A DNA stretch of 63,550 bases, the filler included, from Neolecta irregularis DAH-3 (Eukaryota), in assembly GCA_001929475.1 (NCBI GenBank). It is 5 parts of 5 records of this genome, joined end to end, with 100 filler letters (N's around TTAATTAATTAA, not from the genome) between each part and the next. Parts side by side here need not be neighbours in the genome. Positions count along the whole stretch, not along the records: positions 1 to 19,695 come from LXFE01000420.1; 4 more parts are not named here. One strand, given 5' to 3'. Below, piece after piece: positions 1 to 11,618 of the stretch; the first letter of the stretch is position 1, and each line of letters opens with the position of its first letter. A program made the translations under genes and the position numbers. Under the pieces are notes generated by a model. The model did no database searches. It was given only the letters and a program-made list of their open reading frames with translations, and was not told the origin of the DNA.

Positions 1-145
1 CTCTGTTAATTATGTACTTATTAAATCGATCATAAGAAAATACTCGAGTGCAAGAAATATATTCATACAGAGGGAAAAATGAACGAATGAATGAATGTAT
101 TAAGTACAAGACTTGTAGCCTTGGTACCTGCAAAAAAATGAATTC

Positions 146-1276
146 CTAAAATCTGTAATTGTTGTCAAATTTATCAGAGGGATAGTCCGCCATCGCGTTA
201 TTGTCTTCAATTTTGACATGTCTGGGTTCTGAGGAAGGAAGACCTTGTGTCTGTCCTTCAGAATATGTCGACGCATCTGTCTGAGCATGACTGTGGAAGA
301 GACTTGTCATGAAAGAGGATGGAGCGTTATCGTTATTCATGTGAGATTGAGCTGTTGCCCAGATAGTGGAAAGTGGAAGATTGACTACGACTATCACTCG
401 CGAAGATTGGAGTAATCCGCCAGCAGGAAGCATCATACCGACAATAGTACATAGAACTGCGCATATCAGATCAACCTTGCTAAAGCCTAAAGAGTACCGG
501 GTATAAGCATAGTCTGACATGCCATGATAAATATGATTGAAATGGGACCAAACTGTTTAAAACCAAGTTTTCTTCGAATAACGATTGATTTCCATAATTT
601 GGCCATGAAGATTGAAGAAAAGAAGCAGAGACTGAAAGCGAATGCAATATGATCGGCTCGAGAAATCCAAACATCACGAACTCCGTTCACTCCAAAAGTG
701 ACAACCGTAACCCATATATTAACAGACATAACTCCAAGAGCAACGATGGCCGATACTATAGTCATGATGTTTCTAGTGGATTGATATGGCGCAAATACAG
801 AGCGACATTGTAGTATCAAGGCCATTTCGATTAGAGCCATGAGAATCACGTTCGAACAGGTTGCTGCTTTCAGTAGAATCCAATCGCTTGTTGGGATCAC
901 TGAATAATCCATCACGAATCCCACGTAGATACTACCCCATGCACTGAGCCAGTAAAGGTGCCTTAATGTGCTGTTGATAATTGCAACGATGAGACAGAGT
1001 ACATTCATGATATGTACGGGCTTCTTGAAGCGTTCAAGTTTAGTTGTGATCCCAAGGACAAAAAGAACGATGGCACACATCCCGATTTGCGCACTGTAGC
1101 CACTTGCAGTCTCAAGTCTTGAGAGCTCTAAAATATTAATAATGTTGCTCGAAAGATGAGGATATACGATATCCATCAATGTCGTGCAGACGGATCGTAA
1201 CATTCCGACCGTCGCTCCCAAAAAGAGTAATAGGCTGAAAAAAAGGAGGATAACCGGCCTTCTCAAGAGTAGCCAT
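146..1276 (-). CDS. STE2: Ste2/Mam2-type pheromone receptor (7-TM GPCR), 3 exons
   Basis: Spliced N-terminus MATLEKAGYPPFFQPITLFGSDG..LHDID; hydrophobic TM segments; Ste2 motif RRKLGFKQFGPISIIFIMACQTMLIP; two GT-AG introns restore frame. Confidence 0.92.
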
Positions 1277-2892
1277 ATCGAAAAGCAATGTTATTTGCGC
1301 TTATTCAGGCCGTGTTATATGCCTGCTTTGCGACTGAAATAGTGAATGACTGGAGCTGCCAGAGATCTCAGGGGAAATATATAAAGCAGGGAAAGTTAGA
1401 GAATTAACGATGAAGCCAATTTGGTCTTTCCAGTCTACTACTGGAAGCCGGTGGGGACCAATCAAGCTGTTGAAACCTACTAGGCTGTAACACGGCCAAA
1501 ACACCTATTTAGGCATATGCAAGCTGTAAGAAGTTACATAAAGAAGTTATGCGAAATCAGACATAATATTTGCATCAATGTGCCAACCAGAGCCAAAGAT
1601 TTGGGCCCAAACTCCAGGTTTGAACGACCGCCTTTAAATCCGTTCTGGAGAATCGAGGCGATATAAAAATTGGCTTCGATTATGTGAAGTCTTGAAAAAA
1701 TGATCAACCAGGTCAAAAAGAAATGATTTGACAAATAGATCAAAGATTTCCGGTAATTACGAGTTCAGAAGAAGAAACATTGTAAAAAAGACCGAGGGAG
1801 CTGCTTGTGTGATATCACTCCGATACTCTTGAATCTGTATTCTGCAAGACAATATTTGCCACCAAATCGAAAGAGGCCTTCCGTTAGCTTCACGGCACCA
1901 TTGTGTGACAAGCAAAGGCCCTCGAGCCGACTAGGGGTGGTTTGGTAAGAAGTTTTGTGAATCTCAGGAGAGGACTAAATATTTTAGCAATGGAGTCGAT
2001 TACAGACAAAAGATAGAGAGATAAGACGAGTAAACTCTAGTCCTACGAAACTCATCGTCCTTGGAAAGGAAGGTATCAGCAGTCAGGCCTTTTCGTGATG
2101 TTTGGTGCTCCAGTCACCTGCGAATATTCCAAAGATTTGAGCGCTTATGAAAATCATAGGGGCATAAATTTAACCCGCTCGCTTCCGAAAGTACGTCCGA
2201 TTTGGACTGAAGCGTTAACATCGTTTCACCAGGTTGTCAAGAATAATACGAATACGACAACCTTGTTCAAATCCGGGATTTGGTAAACAACACTATGAGA
2301 AAAAGGGTGTGAAATGACACAACCGGCTGCTAAATCTACCCTGCTCTAGAAATTATACCAGTCTAGTATTCAAAGTCTTTATTGTGCTGGTAGCAAGACG
2401 AGACATGCGACCTTGAGCTCAGGATACTACAGGCGCAATCGCTTTGTATATATTCTGGGAGAATAGACTATGTTCTGGGTTTTTTCATTTTAGCAGCTCT
2501 GTCTTTGTGCTACTCGTTATAATTTCACAACGACGATCTGCCGGTAACAACACCAGTGCTTCACTGGTATCAACTATACTTCATTTCTTCTCAGATTTGC
2601 AAAATCGGGTTTCACTACAAAATGTACACCATTATCGCACGAAGATTGATGTGGGTCTTATTTACCAAGTGTTCATGGCTCTACTATTCGTTGAATCCTC
2701 CCTATGAAATTGTTATTCTCTAATTCGCCGTACTGGTGACCAAAAACTGTGTCTGCAGCCGGTGTGAATGTTTGAAGATACAGAACGTTGATTATGTAGA
2801 TTACTCTTTAATGTGTTATTCGCTTTACTTATAAGTATTAAGAGAGATGTTTCAAATCAGGCCCCACTTCTCCTCCCTTCACCCTTCGCATC

Positions 2893-4720
2893 ATGACTCC
2901 TCCTCGCTACTCAGTTCACGCTGAGCCTTTGTCTATTAAGGATAGCGCTTTTAAGCTCTCGGAATCTACGCTCAAAGACTACGATTGCTTGGTTCTCATT
3001 TATACGAATGCAGAAACTCTGCAACAATTTTCTATCGATGCTGTATCTCAGCTTTCCAAAATAAACCTCTCGTTTTCTTCTGAATGTTCCCTTATTCATT
3101 CAAATATTGCGCCAGGGAACCGCCTCGTTCTCTCCCCTACAGCAGGACTCTCTGGCGACACAGACGACGTGAGACTTTTCGGCGAAGCTGCAGGCGCTGC
3201 AACAAGGAAAGCCATTGCATCTGGAGCGAACAAGATACTAATTCATATCGTTGATCCACCTACTTTGCAGATCGCAAATGGCGCTTATAGAAATTTTGCA
3301 CAAGTTGCTCTTTTGGGGTGTCTCGATGTTGTCAACAGTCGAAGAAACGCGAATACCAAAGTTGGAATAATGTTCAAAGACCAGAAGAAAGGAGAGGAAA
3401 TAATCAAAGTTGTCGTCGCCATCGAGGAAGGAAGGATCCTAGCTCGAAAAATCGGAACGTATGGCAGATTTTGCACTTTGAAACTGGACTGATTGTATCA
3501 GAGGCTGTCCCGAAGAAATGGCCCCTCCAAAATTTGCAGAGGCTATCATGGAAGCATTCAAGAATGAGAAGGCCATAAAAAGCGAATTGATCCAAGATTA
3601 TGATATTATGCTCAAGGAGTACCCGCTCCTTGCAGCTGTCGGCCGTTCTGCTTCCAAAGTTCATCGGCATAACTCGCGAATTGTCAAGCTGGAATACAAA
3701 TCGCCAGATCAATCTAAAGTCAAAGAAAAGTGTTCACCGTCTTTAATTGCAACATAGCTCACATAACAGTCTTTCATTTATTGGAAAAGGAATAACTCTT
3801 GACACCGGTGGTCTTGATATCAAAGCTGGAGGAGGCATGCGAGGAATGTCAAGAGATTGTCTTGGTGCCGGAAGCGTAGCTGCTCTGATGCTTACTATTG
3901 CAAAACTTCAGCCAGAGCATATCAATGTCAGTGCTAAACTTGCTATCGTTCGGAACAATACCGGAAGTGAAGCGTATTCATGCGATGAAGTAATCACTTC
4001 GCGGGCAGGAAAACGGGTTCTTGTCGGAAATACAGATGCTGAAGGTCGAATGGTAATGACTGATTTGCTTTGTGAGGCCAAGGAGGAAGCACTTGAAAGC
4101 ATGAAAAAGCACAGTGTTCCCCATCGAGTATTGATCTTGTTCATTCTATCACTTGCTCACGCGTTAGCTTTTCACTGTTGCAACTTTGACTGGGCATGCT
4201 TGTATTGCTGTAAGGTTCCTTTGACTCTGATGTCTAATCTCAAGTTTGGACCCTACTCAACCTCGTTATCCAATGGTCCAGCTTCTGCAGATATGATATC
4301 TCATCGTCTCGCTAAAGCAGGACATGTTTGGGGTGATCCATTTGAAATATCTACCCTCCGACGTGAAGACTTTTCCATGGTTCGACCTGGAAATCCGGAA
4401 TCAGAGGATGTCGTTCAAGCCAACACCCTCCCTACTGTACGAACTGCGTATTTATTATTGCGTTGAATGTCTTTGATTGGATTAGCCGAGGTCATCAATA
4501 CCCGGCTGCCTTTATGATAATAGCAAGCGGTCTAGAAAACCATCAAGGTAAGATTGGTTATACCCATTGTGATATTGCTGGTGCTGCAGAGGATGAGCCT
4601 ATCAAATTGAGTCTTGGTCGAGTCAACGCAAGACCTGTTCCTGCGTTAGTGGTATTTCCTGTTGGTTTTCTGAAACTCATATTATAGGGCGCTTTTGTAA
4701 TCCCGGAAGGCTGTCAATAG
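2893..4720 (+). CDS. M17 leucyl aminopeptidase family protein, 7 exons
   Basis: Metal-binding motifs GKGITLDTGGLDIK, MSRD, NTDAEGR, then LFTVATLTGHA, RGHQYPAAF, YTHCDIAG; six short introns. Confidence 0.92.
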
Positions 4721-4914
4721 TGATGCATATTCTTACATCTCACTAGTTTAGAAAATAGAAAATCATGTAGAGAAATTTATAAGTAGAACAGGAATCGTTT
4801 GGGCATCTCCTAGGAAATAACAGCAGACCAATACAGAGTCGACTAACAATTTGATACAGTGAACAGTTTCTGCAAATGCATAGAGAGATACACCATACAA
4901 TGGTTATAACCGAA

Positions 4915-6032
4915 TTAACGACGGAACTTAGCTTCTGTAGCTATTCGTTCTTGGACTTCAGGAAAAACCAGGTCTCCAACATCTTCAAGTTCCATTGAAG
5001 CTTCATATGCAGAGATTATCATCGTTTCAGTAATTGGGATCTGCATCTTTGCCAGTGCCTTGATACAGTTCGCTATACGAGCGATGTTGCTTCTGGTAAT
5101 CTCCGGGATATCCTAATTAATAGTCAGCAACCAAAGCAGCAAAAGGACCACTCACTTCGTTAACATTTGAATAGATAGCCTCGGAGGCCTCCTCTTCTAA
5201 TCTAGTGACGCTGATACCTGTTCCAGTTGGCAAGGCTAGATGTTTCATAACATAGACATAACCGTTGACTCCAAGGATAACGTCAACTCCACCGGGCATG
5301 TTGTAGATATGACTCTTTGAACGGACAATATATATAGGCGGAACTTGGAGGAAATAGCCATTCCTAAGTTTACCGTATTTGAGTGACCGAGTATGTATCG
5401 ACACAGAACCGTCATGAAAGTAAGCTTGTACTTCGGCCTAGACTCATCAACATGCAACTGACGAACGGCCATACCACCAAAAGATCTCCTTCTGCAAAGA
5501 AATTCCTCATTTGAAGCTCGTCACTTTCGGATTTCCGTCTCAGAATGCCGCCAGGTAGATTGATTGCAGAAAGTTGCAAAATTGCATCTTGTCGAGCTCC
5601 AACATCGACTTTCCAGCGTTTCTGCGATACTTCTGATATTCGACCGACGACTAAATCCCCAATCTCTGGGGTGTATCTCGTTGTCAGAAAATCAAAGAGG
5701 AAGGTGTTGGAAAACCTTGATTTAACAGGTTTTACGGTAATGAGCTTATTCGTCCGAGTTATGGTCCCCACTACACTTGCAAATGCTTTATCAATCCCTG
5801 TATATGTTCCATGCCCTCTTTCATGGTCAGTGAGTTGATATATTAGATGTAGCTACTTCATAAACTGTGGATCGTCTGTGATTAATTCTCCAGGAGTCAC
5901 GATCTTGTTGAACCTCGACATGGAATCGGGCATCTCTGTATCTCCTTCAGTATCGAGAAGATCCTGGATATCATCCTCGGGCAGATCCTCTGGTAGTATA
6001 TATGGCTGTGGAGCGAGAATAGTGATAGTCAT
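4915..6032 (-). CDS. RRP4: Exosome complex subunit Rrp4, 5 exons
   Basis: [65 protein letters not shown]. Confidence 0.96.
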
Positions 6033-6860
6033 GTTGTGTTTGAAAAAAGTAGGTCCGATGTGGGGTTAGACTCAGGAACTAGTTTGTAGTATAGTATATT
6101 TTTTTCTATATCATGACCTAATATCTCTAACTTACCAGACCAGAGGCATCTAAAAACGTTTCCGTGGCATTGGAAACGTGACCTATCCAGCTGGTAATGA
6201 AGTCAGGATGGAAGTGGAAGTACTTTGCTTTACCCATTTCCAATACAGGACTCATTTCTTTAGACTGATCGTGAGCTCCAGCGACAAACAGTGTTAGCAT
6301 TGGCCGGACAAATTACGAGCGCAATGAAAGATCAATGTCATGTAATATGTAAAAACACCCTTCCGCCACCCGTTATACACAGATTGATGACATTGGTGTT
6401 ATCATGAGTTTACAAGGCTCGTCAAAAAGGTCTCAGAACTAAAGATCTTGGCTCTCGAATGTTGAAAAGTATTCCGCGGACTTAGGAGGAGAATCTCTAG
6501 CTGAGGTCAATAGTGAAAAATAACGCCTCTCAAAAGGACGTTGAATCGCGAGGATGGTGCAATATTTCATTTCTTTACGTCTCATGTCCTTCCTCTTACT
6601 TTTCATTCATTTCTCTTACTTTTCAGTCTCATTTTTCCTGCTGCAGTACAATAAAACATTGTTGTAGGGAACCTCCGTACAACGAATTCCTCGTTAACAT
6701 TCGTTATAGCCAGATTCCACTTCATAGATTTCGTGCTCTGCAGCTCTTAGGACTCCTCTACACCCGCGAGTCACTACAGACCCTTTCCTTACTCCGTAGG
6801 TTTCAGGTAACTAGGGATGCAGATTCAACAGGTCCAAGAAGACTGACTTGCAATATATTA

Positions 6861-7700
6861 CTTCCTCTTCGCCCCAGGATACCTGCCATAAAGTCAGCAA
6901 GTTATTATATTGGAGCACCTCGGTAACAGTTATTGGGGCCTACCTGTTCGGCTACAATCTGGAAAACTACAATTCTCCTTGTGTTTTAACATATAGGGTG
7001 AAATGAACACGTCCGAGCTTATAAACTCGTGCAGATGAAAATTCTAGGCTTCAGCACACTCGTCATTCGGGTAGTCACCCTCCTGAATTTCCATGGATTC
7101 ATCAATGTATGGCTTGATATCAAGGCTCAAGTTCTTCGCTTGATCGCTCTGCTATTACCTGAAACAAATGGGATGAATAATGCATCAGCTGTTTGGCGCG
7201 GCAACTATGATAATTCAAAGCTTTCAACGGATTTCAATAGTGGCATTGCCCTAACGCACACTGTTTTCTGAGTTTTATGCAGAGAAAGGCTTTATGCTTC
7301 TCCTTTTAAGTGTACACCTTTGGTTAGAAACTTCATGATTTTCTCTTTTTGTCAGAATTCAAAATCATATCCTACAGCTCATAACCTTTTTCTTTTGCTT
7401 AACTAAGACCAAGACGGAAACAACCGAATCCTTTTTACCTTTAATGTACGTGGTCACAGATTTCAAAGCCACAAATGAGCTGAAGTCTGATTACGGTGAA
7501 AATAAAGATCAAATTAGATATGTTCACTGGGATAAGAAAATTTGGACAGTTATCTTTTATGTTTCTGTGATGGCGCTTGGTTCATTTCAACTTGAGATTT
7601 GTCTCGTGTCTCTATGCACATGTTATTTATCACTTGTTAGGCAATGGTCGTTAGTCGTAGATATCTGTAAGAAATTTCTGCCAAGAATATCGCTGCACCA
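6861..7700 (+). pseudogene. Decayed, internally deleted inverted duplicate of the MFS transporter pair at 14753-19082
   Basis: Nucleotide similarity to the reverse complement of the 5' and 3' ends of the 17418-19082 gene, part of the intergenic DNA, and 5' parts of the 14753-16493 gene; stops, frameshift and large deletions. Confidence 0.88.
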
Positions 7701-7851
7701 ATGAACCCCCAAAAGATGATGAAAGCAGAATTTGTTTGATGGAATTCGACGATCTCAGGGTCATGGCTGAAACGCGATCATAATCGTAACGTCAACCTGA
7801 ACCCTCGGATTTCCCCATCATCTTCCTGTATCCTGGTAATAAATTTTAAAT

Positions 7852-8943
7852 ATGGCAGCCCGCAACAGAAATCGCCAGTCAATGGCCTCTGATATCAATG
7901 AAGAAAACGCACTGTGGACATCGACAATGCAGGAGCTTCGCCGGTTACCTGAATTATATTCTAGTGCTGGGAAAATAGCCCAGGAAGCAAACGATATTCA
8001 GCATAGCCTTGATCTCAGTATTTGGTCTCTCGATCTATCTCACTTATATAAAGTCATGGATTTGAATACTGTTCGAAAATTGGAAGACGTTTACTTGGAA
8101 GGAATTGACATTGCCAAAACTGAGCAAATGTATATTACACCCATAGTCTTTATCATATGCTGAAACCACAAGGATTTTAAACCAAGCACAAGAAAGTCTG
8201 GATATTCTCATTGCATTACGTCAAGCAACAGAGATGGGTACAGGCGCATTAGGTACATACATATTCTTCGGTTTATATTTAACAAATTTTATCAGAAATG
8301 AAGCGCAAGAAACGCAAAGCCGAGGAGACAGTAATTGATACCCCAGTCACAAAACACAAAAAACAGAGAAGGCATTTTCTTCTAAAGAACATAAATTAAT
8401 GTAGAAAGCTCATCGATTCCGGATACTATTATTGTAGGTTCACAAGTGGCTTACCGTCCAAAACACAAGGCTGCTGAAGGCGATTGGATTCAATGTAGAG
8501 TTTTACGATTATATGGAGAGGGTGTTAAACTAAGGTTTATTTCCATTCCCCAGTTTTTTTTGAGTTTGGTAGGTATGAAATTCAGGATATTGAGCCAGAT
8601 ATTGAGAATCCGGAAAAGTAAATGTCTTTCGAGATTGAAAAAATTAACGAAGGCCTAGAAAGTACAAAGCTACAGCGAATAATTGCATCTTGATTCCTCC
8701 TGAAGGTCAGCATCTTCCACTACTTCGTCCTGGGACTACTGTTCTTGCTCGCTACCCCGAGACTACTACTTTCTATCGGGCAGAGTTCATTGGGATGAAG
8801 GTTGCTTAACATTCTCTGTAAGACCTAACAAAGTTTAGAGAGATGGAGTTTCCTGTCGTTTGCGATTTGAAGGAGAAGAAGAGGCTGGCAAAGAGACTGA
8901 GGTCGAAAGACGTTTAGTAATTGAGGCCCCTACGCGAGGGTAA
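7852..8943 (+). CDS. SGF29: SAGA-associated factor 29 (tandem Tudor), 8 exons
   Basis: GSQVAYRP, DWIQCRV, RYEIQDIEP, VLARYPETTTFYRAE, LRFEGEEE..EVERRLV; includes GC-AG intron 8372-8408. Confidence 0.95.
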
Positions 8944-9277
8944 TTCAGTTGATTGGATATCTTTGGAGTTTGGGATATACTGGTCATTAGGTTTGTCATT
9001 ATGTACATTATATATACAGAGGTATTTCAACTCCCCTGTTCAATGGTAAGAAATGTTGTGAAGTGGAGCAGATTAAATTTGTTTGGTTCCTCTTGGCACT
9101 TTTAATAAGTGAAAGAATGAAAGCATAGTTCGAAATCAACTTTCCAAGGCAGATTGTGCCATTTTCTTTCCTATCATAGTGTATATATGAATTGAATCCA
9201 TGCATGAGTCAATTTTTAGTTTTTCATTTTTAATGGCGATTATATTTCTGTGAGGTCAAATCCAGACCTCAAATGCT

Positions 9278-9642
9278 ATGACTGACGATGGCAATGTCAA
9301 ATCTTCGTTTCCACCTGGAATTTCTTCGATCGAAGAATTGGAGAATGCAAGGGGAAAATTCGCCTTTGTTATTTTTAAACGGTCTGAGCCGCTCGAGGGA
9401 TATTTGTGGAATGTCGATCCCAGTTCGGGGAGCGTCCTTATATATCAAGTGAGGCTTTCCTGGATCATGTCATCTGAATAACGCCATAGAAGAAGGATGA
9501 TGAGGAAGATCGGAAGGCTCGGGTGGTGCTTTGTATGAACGACGCAGTTGCGAAGATCCAGATCGACCACGAAAGAAATACAGTCAGTCTCACAGAGATT
9601 GACAAGGCTTTGAATTGGACACCAGAAGGAAGATCAGGCTGA
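9278..9642 (+). CDS. Small Sm-like protein, probable Gemin6 (SMN complex), 2 exons
   Basis: Intron 9449-9489 joins LEGYLWNVDPSSGSVLIYQ to KARVVLCMNDAVAKIQID, resembling the Gemin6 GWVxTxDPVS...MGHAV pattern. Confidence 0.6.
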
Positions 9643-9759
9643 AGTCAGCCAAGGGCCTTACCATGTTGTCAAACAGTTCACATCCTGCTGGTTTGTGAAG
9701 ATTCCTTTCCTGATAAAGGAGCAAAATAATTCTCAACCTGATAGTTGAAAGATCAAACT

Positions 9760-11277
9760 TTATGTCAAAGAATTGATTTCGTCTTCGTCTAAATCACTTA
9801 AACTCTGTTCGCTCAATGTTTCTTCCTCCATTTCCTTCCAAGTAGCCCAACCCAAGACTCCAAAAGCCGCCAAAATAAAGGAACTTCCAAAAAGAGTGGT
9901 TCCCGTCAAAGGTTTCCCCGTCAGTATCATGTCCGTTATCGCCACCAAAAATATCGACAGCCTATAACCAGTCAGGAAGCATCCTTTGAGAATCTTCATA
10001 CATGCTCGCTACTGAGCTGAAAACAGGAGAAGTCAAAGATATCATGGCAAGAAAGGAACCAGAAAATATGAGATTCGACAACATTGTTAGGAGTAGCCAT
10101 ACGACGGCTTCCCTAGGAGGCCGTTCAAACTTCTCCCAACCTAAGACATGTAGAACCGGTAGGGGAATCCACAGGAAAAAAATTGTGAAAACCCCAATTC
10201 CTGACGTGAATACGTTAGCGAAAAGACAAGATCTCCGAGGAGAAACATCGTTTGGGCAAGCAAGTTTCTTATACAGTACTTCATAGAGACTACTCTTCAG
10301 AATGAGATAAAAGGGGAGAAAATACCCATAGACAATGCTTCCACCCGCAATAATGAAATTTCCGACCAGCTGTCGATGACTATCGCCTTCATCATTTGGG
10401 GCCTTTGGGCCCCCGTAGGAGATTATTAGAACCCCAATGATACTCATGACCACAGCAAATATCTTATCTCTTCGTACACGTTCGTTCAAAAGTAAAACCG
10501 AAAATGCATATGCTGAGAACGTGGAGCTGAAGGTCAGATATACATACGAAGACCTTGGGTACACCTATTGTAAATAGCAGTAACATCACTCGCCGTCGTC
10601 ATACTTGCGATCAGTTCAATTCATGAGGAGTCTAGACATACCTTACCGCAATGTACCAAGTGCAAGCAGCCAAAGTTAAACAGCAAGTACAGAGCGCAAC
10701 GACCCAAATCATATGCTGTACGACTTGTAGATCACTTTGATTCCTCTTTGTCGCAGAAGCAGTAATTATTCTTGCTGTTGATAGGATATTTTGAATATGA
10801 GAACGGAGATATGCTTTAAAGGTGAGTTGCCGGCGGGTGAGCTTAATAGCGAAGAACTGTAGCGGTGCAAGCAACATTGCCGAAGAATGGGTTAAATATC
10901 TTGAGTATATGAGATGAATCTTGTTCATCTGAGATACAGCATGAAATAAGGTTTCGAATATCCAAGAGGTCCCTGTATGTACACTGCTGTTTCCTATAGA
11001 TCTTAGCAGAACCAAAATTTACTTTCGCTTTAATTACAGTCTGAGCTACGATTGCGATCAGCGCAAACACCAGTGCTATCGAGGCCATGGTCCATTTCTG
11101 GTCGGCAACTCCCGGTTGTTTGATTTTTTTCCCTGCTCCAGCATCGTTGATTTCGCTGTAATTAAACCTGCAGATATTCAGTTTAGACCGAAGGATATTG
11201 GTACTCCAAGTTTACCTTCCATGGTGCACTATATCAACATCAAACGGCATATCTGAATGAGATGACCTGTTGACCAT
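9760..11277 (-). CDS. EamA/DMT (SLC35F-like) transporter, 8 exons
   Basis: YSKPYFMLYLTHS, WYIAVSMTTASDVTAIYNSSTF, LTSPVFSSVASMLSIF; multiple TM helices. Confidence 0.9.
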
Positions 11278-11618
11278 GACCTGAGTGTTTTAAAAAGAGA
11301 GGATGGGGATTATCAATAAACAGGAGTGGAGCCAGAGGAGCCAGAGTCATATGGTGCATAACCTCACCACTTATCAAGGGACTTGCCTCGGTCCTCGAGA
11401 ATATACTATTCCTTGAATAACCAGGGAAACTTTTCTACAAAGATGAAAAGTAGAGTCCAAGTCTTCGGACTAGATTAGTCGATGTTTACATGTTGATTTT
11501 CAGGTATGAAATCAAAATTTTGACATCAGGATCCAGGTATACCACGTATATACGAGTCATGCGCTCCACTCAAAGCCAGTAGTCCCTTTTAAAAGCATAA
11601 GTTCTTAGTACTCCAACA

